DNA from: Alphaproteobacteria bacterium
GTDB taxonomy: Bacteria; Pseudomonadota; Alphaproteobacteria; UBA7879; VGCX01
Assembly (NCBI GenBank): GCA_016869935.1
Contig: VGCX01000002.1
Location: forward strand, 1 to 57,293
Length of the DNA: 57,293 nt
Reading direction: 5' to 3'
In this document: in pieces, positions 39,443-49,900 of the stretch
Numbering within the stretch: position 1 is the stretch's first letter
Layout: every line of letters begins with the position of its first letter
Position numbers and translations under genes: made by a program
Notes under the pieces: model-generated
The model's input: only the letters and a program-made list of their open reading frames with translations
What the model was told of the DNA's origin: nothing
Databases searched by the model: none

Positions 39443-40642
39443 ATGATTAATACTCTTAAAGAACCCCCTATATTTTCTGTGAGTGAAATCTCAACAACTC
39501 TTAAAAATTATGTGGAAAATACTTTTAGTTTTGTGCGGGTTAAGGGGGAAATTTCAGGCCTTAAAATCCATACATCAGGGCATGTTTATTTTAGTTTAAA
39601 AGATGAAAATAGTCTTATAGATGGGATTTGTTGGAAGGGTGTTGCTTCAGCATTGTCTTTAAAGCTTCAAGATGGATTAGAAGTCGTATGCTCTGGTAGA
39701 ATTACAACCTACCCGGCGCGATCTAAATATCAAATTATTGTAGATAAGGTTGATCTTGCAGGTGTTGGAGCGCTTATGAAGCTTCTTCAGGAGCGAAAAG
39801 AGAAGCTAGCTAATGAAGGTCTTTTTTCTCCTCAGCATAAAAAACCTCTGCCCTTTCTTCCAAAAACCATAGGGGTTGTTACCTCACCAACTGGTGCAGT
39901 CATTCGAGATATTTTACATAGATTAAACGATCGATTTCCCTGTTCTGTGATTCTTTGGCCTGTTGCTGTACAAGGCCCAACAGCCGCAGAAGGAATTGCG
40001 CATGCCATAAGAGGATTTAATAAATTTCCCAATAAGCCTGATTTATTAATCGTTGCGCGCGGCGGTGGAAGTTTGGAAGATTTATGGTGTTTTAACGAAG
40101 AAATAGTCGTGAGAGCCGTCTTTGACAGTAAAATACCCGTTATTTCAGCGGTAGGCCACGAAACAGATGTGACGCTCATAGATTTTGTGGCAGATCAACG
40201 GGCTCCAACCCCAACAGCGGCTGCTGAATTATCTGTTCCTGTGAAGAATGATTTAATGCTTTTTGTTCAAAATTCCTCTTTGCAATTACACCATGGTCTT
40301 CGACGTCTTTTAAAAGAATATTCCACGAGAATTGATTTGCTAAAAAGAGGTCTTGGAAACCCTCAAAAAATTATTGATGAAAAGCTATTGTATCTTGATG
40401 AAAAAATTGAAAGATTTTTACGAAGCTTCAAGAGTTATATAGAACAAAAAAATAATACGTTTCTTCGCTTACACCAACTTTTAGAAAGTTATTCCTATCA
40501 AAACACTTTAAAACGCGGATTCTCCCTTGTTAAAACTCCTCTAGGGTCCCTCGTAACATCTTCAGAACAAGCACGGTCAAAAGACCTCTTGCATCTTGTT
40601 TTTCATGATGGAACTTGCCAGGTTAAGCCACTAGAAGAATAA
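39443..40642 (+). CDS. xseA: Exodeoxyribonuclease VII large subunit
   Basis: ORF track starts at 39341 inside hemA. ATG at 39443 gives [25 protein letters not shown]..., a typical XseA N-terminus. It has an OB fold followed by the catalytic domain ([14 protein letters not shown]). Confidence 0.88.
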   Translation: MINTLKEPPIFSVSEISTTLKNYVENTFSFVRVKGEISGLKIHTSGHVYFSLKDENSLIDGICWKGVASALSLKLQDGLEVVCSGRITTYPARSKYQIIVDKVDLAGVGALMKLLQERKEKLANEGLFSPQHKKPLPFLPKTIGVVTSPTGAVIRDILHRLNDRFPCSVILWPVAVQGPTAAEGIAHAIRGFNKFPNKPDLLIVARGGGSLEDLWCFNEEIVVRAVFDSKIPVISAVGHETDVTLIDFVADQRAPTPTAAAELSVPVKNDLMLFVQNSSLQLHHGLRRLLKEYSTRIDLLKRGLGNPQKIIDEKLLYLDEKIERFLRSFKSYIEQKNNTFLRLHQLLESYSYQNTLKRGFSLVKTPLGSLVTSSEQARSKDLLHLVFHDGTCQVKPLEE

Positions 40643-40656
40643 ATAACTTTTATAAA

Positions 40657-41727
40657 TTATGAAGGTGTAAGCAAGTTTTTTGCTTTAAGCTTTTTGAAAA
40701 GTTTAAAGTATAATAAAGCAAAAAACCCCACAAAAATTAAGACTAAAGTGGTTATCAATACTTTGATCTCTAGGTTTTGTAGAGCGTGAAACCTAAAGCT
40801 GATTTTTACAAGTTCTCCTGCGGAAAATGAGACAAAACCAACAAAAATACCATCAATAACCATCTTGCTTTTTGCGCGTATGTTCGTTGGCAAAAGTAAA
40901 TAGCCGATTTGGATAAACCCATAAAAACCAAACAATAATAAAGAGTTTACGCCTAAAAATTGAGCAAGGATCATTATGACAAAAAATAGAGATGTAAGTC
41001 CTGCCATAAGACCAAATTCTGATGAAGTAAAGATATGTCCAAAGCTTTCTAGTGTGGATAGATTTTTTTCGCTAAGTTTTTCTTTTATAGATAGGGGAGA
41101 AATTTTTCTTGCAAGTACTATCGTGATAATTAATAAAAGCCCATATCCTTGAGTCATCAAAAGAGGATGAGATAAGAAAAATGGTTCTAAAAAAGAACAA
41201 ATTAATAAGGTTAGTAGTGTCACAAAACCAAATAATGGGTAGATAATTTTAGCATTTGATGGGTTTGTCGAATCAATAACAAGCTGCCAGAAAAAAACAT
41301 TGATAAAAACAGAATAAAAGCTTTGTGTCATGACTGATAAAAGAATTTCTGACCAGTATCTATAGGTATCTATAATACCTGTAAAACCTGGATATTTTTG
41401 ATAAAGCAAGCTGTAAGTTTCAAAAGAAATATGGGAGTGTTCATAGAAAATCATACTAAGACAGCACACTAAAGAAATCCCCCAAAACCCACTCAAGAAT
41501 AGTATGAATGATTTTTGGGTATTATAGCGATTCGTTGTCCAAAAGTATAAAATACCTGTGATCAAAAGGAATGGCCATTTCCACAAAGACGTTTCCAAAA
41601 GAATATGATGATTTTCATGGGGGATAATAATCTTTGTTGCGCTTGTTAAAAAATTATGGTTTAAAATTAGCAGACTTTGTATCAATAGAAGAAAAAGGAA
41701 CTTTTTTTCAGTTAATATTTTTATCAT
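40657..41727 (-). CDS. Polytopic integral membrane protein, family not recognised
   Basis: About 10 predicted hydrophobic segments and no motif I can place. The start may be 41727 (MIKILTEKK, AGGGA upstream) or 41811. Confidence 0.5.
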   Translation of the reverse strand: MIKILTEKKFLFLLLIQSLLILNHNFLTSATKIIIPHENHHILLETSLWKWPFLLITGILYFWTTNRYNTQKSFILFLSGFWGISLVCCLSMIFYEHSHISFETYSLLYQKYPGFTGIIDTYRYWSEILLSVMTQSFYSVFINVFFWQLVIDSTNPSNAKIIYPLFGFVTLLTLLICSFLEPFFLSHPLLMTQGYGLLLIITIVLARKISPLSIKEKLSEKNLSTLESFGHIFTSSEFGLMAGLTSLFFVIMILAQFLGVNSLLLFGFYGFIQIGYLLLPTNIRAKSKMVIDGIFVGFVSFSAGELVKISFRFHALQNLEIKVLITTLVLIFVGFFALLYFKLFKKLKAKNLLTPS

Positions 41728-41797
41728 GATTGTCCCTATTTTTTTCTTTACTATAGCATAGTTTTTAATCCTGCTAAATAATTTAAGAAGTTGCTTT

Positions 41798-42013
41798 GTG
41801 CTAAATATCAAACCTGGGAAATATCGCCACTATAAAAACCTGAATTATGAAGTGATTGGTATTGCGCGCCATTCAGAAACCTTAGAAAAACTTGTTATTT
41901 ATAAGGCACTTTATGGTGAAAAAGGCTTCTGGGTGCGTCCTTTGGAAATGTTTACTGAACTGGTTGAGGTTAACGGTATAAGCCAACCACGATTTTCCTA
42001 TGTTGGTGAATAG
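41798..42013 (+). CDS. DUF1653-family small protein
   Basis: 71 aa, GTG start. GKYRHYKNLNYEVIGIARHSETLE...VIYKALYG matches my memory of DUF1653. Confidence 0.65.
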   Translation: MLNIKPGKYRHYKNLNYEVIGIARHSETLEKLVIYKALYGEKGFWVRPLEMFTELVEVNGISQPRFSYVGE

Positions 42014-42016
42014 ATC

Positions 42017-42451
42017 CTAAAACACCAAGGAAATTTTTTCCTGAGGATTGCTTATAAAAAGAGCTTCTACTTCTGGCAAAAACATCCCATAAAAAGTTGC
42101 GGAAAGAAGACCTCCTAAAATTATGAATCGTGCATTTTTATAACCAGCACCTAGTTGTGCCCAAGCCGTTCCAGGGCATGCACCTGTTAAAATAATACCG
42201 ATGCCCATAAAAATGCCTCCAAAAATATTGGGAAAAAGATCAAAAGGTTTTACAAGGGTATGCACATCAAAAAAATAATGCCCTAAGAATAATATCGCAA
42301 AGGATGTAACAATAGCAGCGCTCATCATTTTGAGCATTGTAAAATCCTCAAAAGAAAGCTGCTTTAAAATAGTTTTTGGGCGCAGGATACCTGTTTTTTG
42401 AAAAATTCCACCCCATAAAATTCCAATAAAAAATGTTGCTATTAACATCAA
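42017..42451 (-). CDS. YeeE/YedE-like sulfur-transport membrane protein (second half-size subunit)
   Basis: 144 aa, 4 TM, GACPGTAW motif. 4-nt overlap with the upstream partner. Confidence 0.65.
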   Translation of the reverse strand: MMLIATFFIGILWGGIFQKTGILRPKTILKQLSFEDFTMLKMMSAAIVTSFAILFLGHYFFDVHTLVKPFDLFPNIFGGIFMGIGIILTGACPGTAWAQLGAGYKNARFIILGGLLSATFYGMFLPEVEALFISNPQEKISLVF

Positions 42452-42957
42452 TTTTTTTCTCTAAAGATTTTTTTTAGTCCGAAAAACCCAGCAATTGCTG
42501 TTAAAAACATGGTGCTCATAACAATAAAAGAACTTAAAGAAAGTGTTGCTATACCTGAAAGACCATGACCACTAGTGCATCCTCCAGCTAAACGAGCTCC
42601 AAATACAAGGAAAATCCCTCCTATAAAAGAAAAAGTGTAAACGGTTTTCTTTTGAAGTCCTAAATAATGCCAATAAGGATCTATATCCAAAGATATTTTG
42701 GGTTTTCTTGAGAGATAGGCTCCAACGACAATACCAGTTGCTAAAGATAATTGCCATGGGCCAACGCCTGTTAAAAGCTTTTGTATGTGTGGATAAAAAG
42801 AGAGGTCATAAAAAATATTCAAAAAGTAGGCAGACAAAGAACCATAAGAAGAGGAAAGACCCAAGAGCTTTCCAAACAGTAGCAGGGAAGGAATTTGGAG
42901 AAGTCCTATCAAAATCCCTCCTATGTAAGGAGAAAGATTTTTTTCTTCTTGATGCAT
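42448..42957 (-). CDS. YeeE/YedE family sulfur-transport membrane protein (first half-size subunit)
   Basis: 169 aa, 4-5 TM, GGCTSGHG motif characteristic of YeeE/YedE. Confidence 0.7.
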   Translation of the reverse strand: MHQEEKNLSPYIGGILIGLLQIPSLLLFGKLLGLSSSYGSLSAYFLNIFYDLSFYPHIQKLLTGVGPWQLSLATGIVVGAYLSRKPKISLDIDPYWHYLGLQKKTVYTFSFIGGIFLVFGARLAGGCTSGHGLSGIATLSLSSFIVMSTMFLTAIAGFFGLKKIFREKN

Positions 42958-42959
42958 GT

Positions 42960-43904
42960 TTAGGAACGCCCCATGGCTAAAAACTTTTCTTGACGCTTTC
43001 TCACTAGCTCGGCGGGGGACAAGGATTGTAGGGACTTTAACTCTCTTTCTAAGGTATCTCCAAGAGCTTTTGCTGCTTCTTTTGGATCGCGGTGAGCGCC
43101 CCCTAAGGGCTCCTTAATAATTCCATCGATCACTTTAAGTTTCAAAAGGTCTTGAGCTGTTAGTTTTTGGGCAATAGCTGCTTCTTGTTTTTTGTCAGCA
43201 CTGCGCCATAAAATAGAGGCACATCCTTCGGGGGATATAACAGAGTAAATAGAATGCTCAAACATAAGAACTCGGTTAGCAGCAGCAATTGCGATCGCGC
43301 CCCCTGATCCTCCCTCTCCAATAATAACGGTAATAAAGGGAACAGAAACAGAGAGGCATACATCAATAGACCTGGCAATGGCCTCTGATTGACCTCTTTC
43401 TTCAGCGCCAACTCCTGGGTAAGCGCCAGCTGTATCGACGAGCGTAATGATCGGAAGGCCATAATGATCTGCAAGTTTCATCAGGCGCTGGGCTTTTCTG
43501 TATCCTTCCGGCTTTGGCATTCCGAAGTTATGCTTTAACCGAGAACCTGTGTCATGACCTTTTTCGTGTCCCATGATTAACACAGGCTGTCCTCTAAATT
43601 TACCAAATCCACCAATAATCGCTGCATCTTCTCCAAAGCTTCTATCTCCAGAAAGTTCAATAAAATCCTCTATTAAAGCGGTACAATAATTAAAAAAATG
43701 AGGACGTTCTGGATGTCGAGCAACTAAAACTTTTTCCCATGGAGAAAGTTTTTCATACGTTTCCTTAAGCAATTTGTTAACCTTCGTTTGTAATTTTGAG
43801 ATTTCACTAACGATACTAACGCCATCTGCCTTGGATACATGACGCAACTCTTCTATTTTTTTCTCTAGTTCATTAATATTCTTTTCAAATTCTAAGGTTA
43901 CCAT
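42960..43904 (-). CDS. accA: Acetyl-CoA carboxylase carboxyltransferase alpha subunit
   Basis: 314 aa. ARHPERP, DTAGAYPG and GEGGSGGA motifs. Confidence 0.93.
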   Translation of the reverse strand: MVTLEFEKNINELEKKIEELRHVSKADGVSIVSEISKLQTKVNKLLKETYEKLSPWEKVLVARHPERPHFFNYCTALIEDFIELSGDRSFGEDAAIIGGFGKFRGQPVLIMGHEKGHDTGSRLKHNFGMPKPEGYRKAQRLMKLADHYGLPIITLVDTAGAYPGVGAEERGQSEAIARSIDVCLSVSVPFITVIIGEGGSGGAIAIAAANRVLMFEHSIYSVISPEGCASILWRSADKKQEAAIAQKLTAQDLLKLKVIDGIIKEPLGGAHRDPKEAAKALGDTLERELKSLQSLSPAELVRKRQEKFLAMGRS

Positions 43905-43907
43905 AGC

Positions 43908-45206
43908 TTATCCTTTTTTTAGCGGGATCTTAAGATCATCTTTTATAGCACAAAAACCAACAAAAGCTAATATAATGGTCGCCATAATCCATTTTTGCCA
44001 CAGGCCAGAACTGACAAGCATAATAACGGTATAAAACAAAAGAAGACCAAAATAGGCTACTCTTTCTGCAGGATTTTTTATTCTTACAATTTTTGACGTT
44101 AATAGCCAAAAAATTCCTAAAAATAAAATAATACCAATTAAACCCAACTCAACCCATATTTGAACAATTCCGTTGTGAGGGTGGCTTGTAAAAATATGGC
44201 CACATCCAATATCGACAAGGGGCGAAAAAGAAAACTTTAAGGGATATACCTGCCATGAAAAATAGATTTTTTTAAGGCACATAATGGGACCTTTGGCAAG
44301 CGTGGTCGCGTAATCAAAACCGTGGCCTATAAGGGGACTTTCTAGGGCTTTCTTGCTCATTTCATGCCAGATAAAAAAACGGTGTTGATAACTTAGAGGA
44401 AGATAATGAAATAGACTTCCTAAAGTTTCAGGTGTTAAGTAAGAAGTAAAAATCCAAGGCGCTAGTACGCTGAATACAGAGAAGATGACAGAAAAAACAT
44501 AGGCGCTCTTTGGTTTATAATACACAAAAAGTGTTCCCGAAAGACCCAAGAGTATTCCAGCGCGCGCGGCATCGGGTGCAGCATTAATCAAAATAAACAT
44601 CAAAAGGGCTGCTGCAAGCAACAGAGCTTTTGAAAAAGAGATTTTTGACTCGTATTTAGACAGAGAAAATAAAAAGGGCCAAAACAAGAAACCCAAATTT
44701 ACAATGCCTTTAATAAACAACTGAGAATTAAATTGGATAGAATCCGCATAGATTTTAGAAGCCATAGGAAAAACAAAAATCTCAAAAAGAAAAAAAGATA
44801 AATAAAAAATATATCCTCTAAAAAATGCTTTGGACAAAATACTCTTTTTTTCTGGTGGCAATAGAATGCTAGTTTTATAAAGACAGTATCCTAGGAAGGC
44901 CAAAAATCCATATCGGCTTAGGTTTGTCAATGAACGGAGGGGAAATTCACTCCAAAAACTGCTTAGAAAACACCACACTAGAAATCCAATACATGCGATG
45001 CCTAAACATGTTTTTGATACCCTTATCGTTTCCGATTTAAAAGAAGATCGATTAGCCCAAAAATCTTTTAAGTGCAAAAGACATAACAGAGCCACTAAGA
45101 CAACGGTTCCTTTTCCTTTAAAAGTCGCAACAAGAGGCAGACTAAAAAAGACAAGGTGGGTGGCAATACTATAAAAACCTAAGTTGATTAAGCCGTGTGT
45201 GATCAT
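43908..45206 (-). CDS. O-antigen ligase / Wzy_C-domain membrane protein
   Basis: 432 aa, about 11 TM. HPHNGIVQIWVELGLIGIILFLG resembles the Wzy_C/WaaL loop-plus-helix signature. Confidence 0.65.
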   Translation of the reverse strand: MITHGLINLGFYSIATHLVFFSLPLVATFKGKGTVVLVALLCLLHLKDFWANRSSFKSETIRVSKTCLGIACIGFLVWCFLSSFWSEFPLRSLTNLSRYGFLAFLGYCLYKTSILLPPEKKSILSKAFFRGYIFYLSFFLFEIFVFPMASKIYADSIQFNSQLFIKGIVNLGFLFWPFLFSLSKYESKISFSKALLLAAALLMFILINAAPDAARAGILLGLSGTLFVYYKPKSAYVFSVIFSVFSVLAPWIFTSYLTPETLGSLFHYLPLSYQHRFFIWHEMSKKALESPLIGHGFDYATTLAKGPIMCLKKIYFSWQVYPLKFSFSPLVDIGCGHIFTSHPHNGIVQIWVELGLIGIILFLGIFWLLTSKIVRIKNPAERVAYFGLLLFYTVIMLVSSGLWQKWIMATIILAFVGFCAIKDDLKIPLKKG

Positions 45207-45289
45207 GAGTGCTCTATGCTCTTTTAAAAAAAGATGATATAAGAAATAAAATTTAACTCACTTTAAAGTAAAATCTAAAAGGTATTCAA

Positions 45290-46372
45290 GTGAAAAGGAT
45301 AGGAATTTTAACTTGTGGTGGCGATTGTGCGGGTCTTAATGCAGCTATTCGCTCCGTAACACAATGTGCTATTTTGAAGTATGGTTGGGAAGTTTATGGG
45401 ATTCGCAACGGAACTGTTGGTTTGTTAACGGATCCACCGCTTGTTGAAAAGCTTGATGTTAACTTTAAGGGGTTTGGCCATGCTCTTTTAAGAATGGGGG
45501 GGACCATCCTTGGATCCACAAGTAAAGGAAATCCTTTTTCTTACAAGAAAGAAGATGGCACAATGGGAGACTGTTCTAATCAAGCCATTGAAGTCTATCA
45601 TAAACTGGGTCTTGATGCTTTGATCGCAATCGGCGGAGATGGGGGTCTTAAAATCATGAGCCAACTCGCTGAGCTTGGGAACATAAATCTCGTAGGGATC
45701 CCCAAAACAATCGATAATGATGTGAGTCACACGGAAGCTCTTGGTTTTTCAACGGCTGTAGAGGTTGCAACATATGCACTTGATGGGCTTCAGCCAACGG
45801 CTGCTAGTCATGATCGTGTTATGGTTTTAGAAGTTATGGGCCGTGATGCGGGGCATATCGCTCTTAATGCAGGTCTTGCAGGGGGGGCGGATGTAATTCT
45901 TATTCCAGAAATCCCCTTTAAAATGCAGCATATTATTCAGAAAATTCAATCTGTTATTCAAACAGGTAGAAATTTTGCTTTGGTCGTTGTTGCTGAATCT
46001 GCTCGTATGGCAGAAAAAGATCCTTTGATGGTTCGTTACGAAGATGGCGCAGAACGATATGGGGGTGTTGGCGATTTTATTAGTCGACAATTGTCTGAAG
46101 CAATTCATGTTGAAACCCGTACGATGGTGTTGGGGCATATTCAAAGAGGGGGCCAACCTATTGCAAAAGACCGGATTATGGCTGCTGCTTTTGGTGTTAA
46201 GGCGGTGCAGTTGATTGCACAAGAAAAATATGGTCGCATGGTTGCTTGGCAACATCAAGAAGTCGTTGATATTCCTTTAAAGGATGCTCTTGGTTCCTAT
46301 CAAACAGTTGATTTAAACGGTAGCCTTATCACAACGGCACGAGGTCTTGGAATTTCACTGGGTGATGAATAA
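45290..46372 (+). CDS. pfkA: 6-phosphofructokinase
   Basis: 360 aa, GTG start. GILTCGGDCAGLNAAIR, IGGDGG and PKTIDND motifs. Confidence 0.88.
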   Translation: MKRIGILTCGGDCAGLNAAIRSVTQCAILKYGWEVYGIRNGTVGLLTDPPLVEKLDVNFKGFGHALLRMGGTILGSTSKGNPFSYKKEDGTMGDCSNQAIEVYHKLGLDALIAIGGDGGLKIMSQLAELGNINLVGIPKTIDNDVSHTEALGFSTAVEVATYALDGLQPTAASHDRVMVLEVMGRDAGHIALNAGLAGGADVILIPEIPFKMQHIIQKIQSVIQTGRNFALVVVAESARMAEKDPLMVRYEDGAERYGGVGDFISRQLSEAIHVETRTMVLGHIQRGGQPIAKDRIMAAAFGVKAVQLIAQEKYGRMVAWQHQEVVDIPLKDALGSYQTVDLNGSLITTARGLGISLGDE

Positions 46373-46436
46373 ATACTTTACCATTGATAAACATTGTGTC
46401 TAAAATGCTTATCAATATTTACTAAAGGAGAAAGAA

Positions 46437-46949
46437 ATGGCTGTTCCCTTAATGCCTAAGGCAACTGCGGCATGGTTAGTTGAAAATACAACCCTGACCT
46501 TTGAGCAAATTGCAAATTTTTGCCATCTCCATGTTTTAGAAGTTCAAGCTATGGCTGATGGTGATATTAGCATTATTGGCATTAACCCTATTTCTCAAGG
46601 TCAACTGACTCAAGAAGAAATTGATCGGTGTCAAAGTGATTCTTCATTTGCGTTGATATTATCTGGAGAACTGAATGAAAAACATCGTCGCACCCCTGGG
46701 GCACGGTATGTTCCGATTGCAAAACGCCAAGATAAGCCTGATGCAGTTTCCTGGATGCTCAGAAATTGTCATGAGCTAAGTGATGCACAGATTATTAAGC
46801 TTATAGGGACAACAAAAGATACTATCGATAAGATTAGAAATCGGACTCACTGGAATATTCAAAGCATCCATCCACGGAATCCCGTTGAAATGGGTCTTTG
46901 TTCTTTGGAGGAGCTTGAGAGCGAACGCCTAAAGCATCCTGTTTCTTAA
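46437..46949 (+). CDS. DUF1013-family protein (conserved alphaproteobacterial protein)
   Basis: 170 aa. MPKATAAWLVENTTLTFEQIANFCHLH N-terminus as I remember for DUF1013. Confidence 0.7.
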   Translation: MAVPLMPKATAAWLVENTTLTFEQIANFCHLHVLEVQAMADGDISIIGINPISQGQLTQEEIDRCQSDSSFALILSGELNEKHRRTPGARYVPIAKRQDKPDAVSWMLRNCHELSDAQIIKLIGTTKDTIDKIRNRTHWNIQSIHPRNPVEMGLCSLEELESERLKHPVS

Positions 46950-46985
46950 GGGCTACTTCCCTTTATTAGTCTTGAAAATTGAGTT

Positions 46986-49900
46986 TTAGCTCAATTCCTC
47001 TAGGTGGTGAGAAAAGACGAAAACCATGGAAAAATCTACCTTATCAAGGGACTTAATTTCCTTGATAAGGGTGTCTATTTGATTCAAACGGTTTAGTCTT
47101 TTTTGACACCAATCCCTAAAAGCGTTTTCAGATGATTCCTTTGGATATTCTTTTAAAATAGTTTCCATTAATTTTTCATTAACCTGTAATAGTTGATCGC
47201 GCATTCCATAGAAGGCTCTTTTTGTCCAACTGTTATCTGTGGTTGTATTAATTTGCTCTAAAAACCAATCAATAGAAAATTGTTCATGAATTTGGAAGAA
47301 AATATGGGCTGCTTTTTTAAGCGATATGTTCATTTTTTTTGCGCTATTAATGATCCTAAAACTCATAGACATCAAAGAAAGTTGGCTCATTCTTTTGGCA
47401 AGCTCTGCAGGAATTCCCTGCTTTAAGAAAGTCATTTGCGCGTGATTCTTTTTTAAAAGAGAGAATCCAGAAATACAGTCATCAATGCAGTTTGTTAGTT
47501 CACGAACCCCGTTAGAGAAATCGAGAATATCCTTTTGAATGTCCAGGGTTTTTTGACGATGTCTTAAAAGCCATAAAGAGCATCGTTCTACTAAATCAAT
47601 CGTTTCTAAGAACATCGTATATTGAATATCCGTAGATGTTTGATAATCAAGTTTTTCAATCTCCTCCCAATGAGTTGTTAAAGAAAAACTTTCTCGAACA
47701 ATGAGATAGGCAGAGATTATCTCTTCTACAGTTCCGCTCGCGAGATCCATCATTTCACTCAGAAATGTCGGTCCCATACGGTTAACCAAATTGTTGGCAA
47801 CAAGTGTTGCAACCATTTCTCTTTTCAGAGGATGATTTTCAATTTCTTTTTTAAACTTTGCCTTTAATGCTTCTGGAAAGTATGCCAATAGATCTTTATG
47901 AAGGAAAGAAAGATCAACAAGAGGGGAGGTCAATATCTGGTCGAAAGCAAAAATTTTACCGTACGCTAGAAGGATAGCAATTTCTGGCCGGGTCAGAGCC
48001 TTGCGGCTGATTCTAAAATCATCAAGCTCTTTATCTGTTGGTAAATATTCGATGTCTCGATTAAGTTTGCCAATGTTTTCAAGCGTTCGAATAAAGCGAC
48101 TTTGTCGACCAATCACTGAGTGTCCACGTTTTTGGATAATTGAAATAGCTTGTGTTTGAAGATAATTATCTCGAAGTGTTAAAGCTGAAACTTCTTCGGT
48201 CATTTGTTCTAAAAGTTTATTGCGACTTTCTCGAGACATTGCTTTTTTAATAGAGTCTTCTTGAAGAAGAATCTTGATATTCACTTCATGATCGGAACAG
48301 TCAACCCCTGCTGAATTATCGATTGCATCTGTATTGAGACGTCCCCCTCGCGAAGCATATTCGATTCTTGCGCGCTGGGTCATTCCCAGGTTTGCCCCTT
48401 CACCAATAACTTTGCACTGTAGGTCGCTGCCATTGACTCTTAAGTCATCATTTATGCGATCGCCTACTTGTTCATGAAGTTCTGTCGTTGCCTTTACAAA
48501 AGTACCGATTCCTCCAAACCACAAAAGGTCTACTTCTGCCTTCAAGAGAACTTGAATGATTTCTTGAGGCGTTGCCGTATTTTGATCCAATTTAAAAAGT
48601 TTTTGGATTTCTTGTGTTAAAGTAACGGTCTTCTCTCGTCGATCAATAATCATACCCCCTTTTGATAGAACTTTTGGATCATATTGATCCCAATTCGATC
48701 GAGGAAGATTAAAAAGTCGAGACCGTTCTTGGAAGCTTCTTTCCAAATTCGGTGCAGGGTCTAGAAAAATATGAGTATGATTAAAAGCGCCAATTAATGT
48801 AATTTTATTGGAAAGGAGCATGCCATTTCCAAAGACATCGCCCGACATATCTCCAACACCGATCACAGTAAAAGGATCTTCTTGAACATCAACGCCTATT
48901 TCTCGAAAATGTCTAGCAACGGCAATCCATGCCCCTTTTGAAGTGATAGCCATTTTTTTATGATCATATCCAGCACTTCCTCCGGAGGCAAAAGCATCAT
49001 CAAGCCAAAAGCCGTACTCAGAAGAAAGGGCATTGGCTATATCCGAAAAGGTTGCCGTTCCTTTATCCGCTGCAACAACTAAATAGGGATCTTTTTCGTC
49101 TAAGGGATGAACACTCTGAGGGGTTGTTATGTGGCCATTGGTCAATGTGTCTGTAATATCCAAGAGCCCGCGAATCATGGTTTGGTAACAAAAAATGGCT
49201 TTTTGTTGACGCTCATCGAAATTTAAATGTTCCATGGGTATTTTAACAATAAACCCACCTTTTGCGCCTACCGGAATAATAACACTGTTTTTTACCATTT
49301 GGGCTTTCATTAGATCGAGAATTTCTCTTCTAAAGTCAGGGCGTGTTGACCAGCGAATGCCGCCGCGTGCAACACTTCCACCCCGCAAATGAATTGCTTC
49401 CATCCAGGGGGAATAAACAAAAATTTCAAAGGCAGGTTTTGGCAAGGGCAAGTTCATGATTTTATGCCCGCTAAGCTTTAAAGAAATATAAGGCTTAGGC
49501 TCATTTGTTCCTTTTTCTTTGATAAAATAATTCGTTCGAAGGGTTGAAAGAATAATATTCAAAAATACCCGTAAAATACGGTCTTCATTAGAATTTTGAA
49601 CCTCCTTAAGGGACATCTCTATTTTTTTTAAAGTGGCATTTAGAGCAGAGTTCCTTTTACTTTCTTCTATTTTTGGATCAAAAGCTTGGTAAAAAAGAAG
49701 AATAAAATCTTTTGTAATAGAGGCATGAGCCCCAAGGGTTCTAGCAATAAAATCCAGATCAAAAGCAAAGTTAATTTGTTTTAAATATTTGAAATAGGCC
49801 CTCAGCAGTACAACATCACGCCAAAAGAGTTGCGCTGTAAAAATAAGAGAGTTTAAGCAATCATTTTCAATTTGATGACTCCAAAGACCAGAAAGACAAG

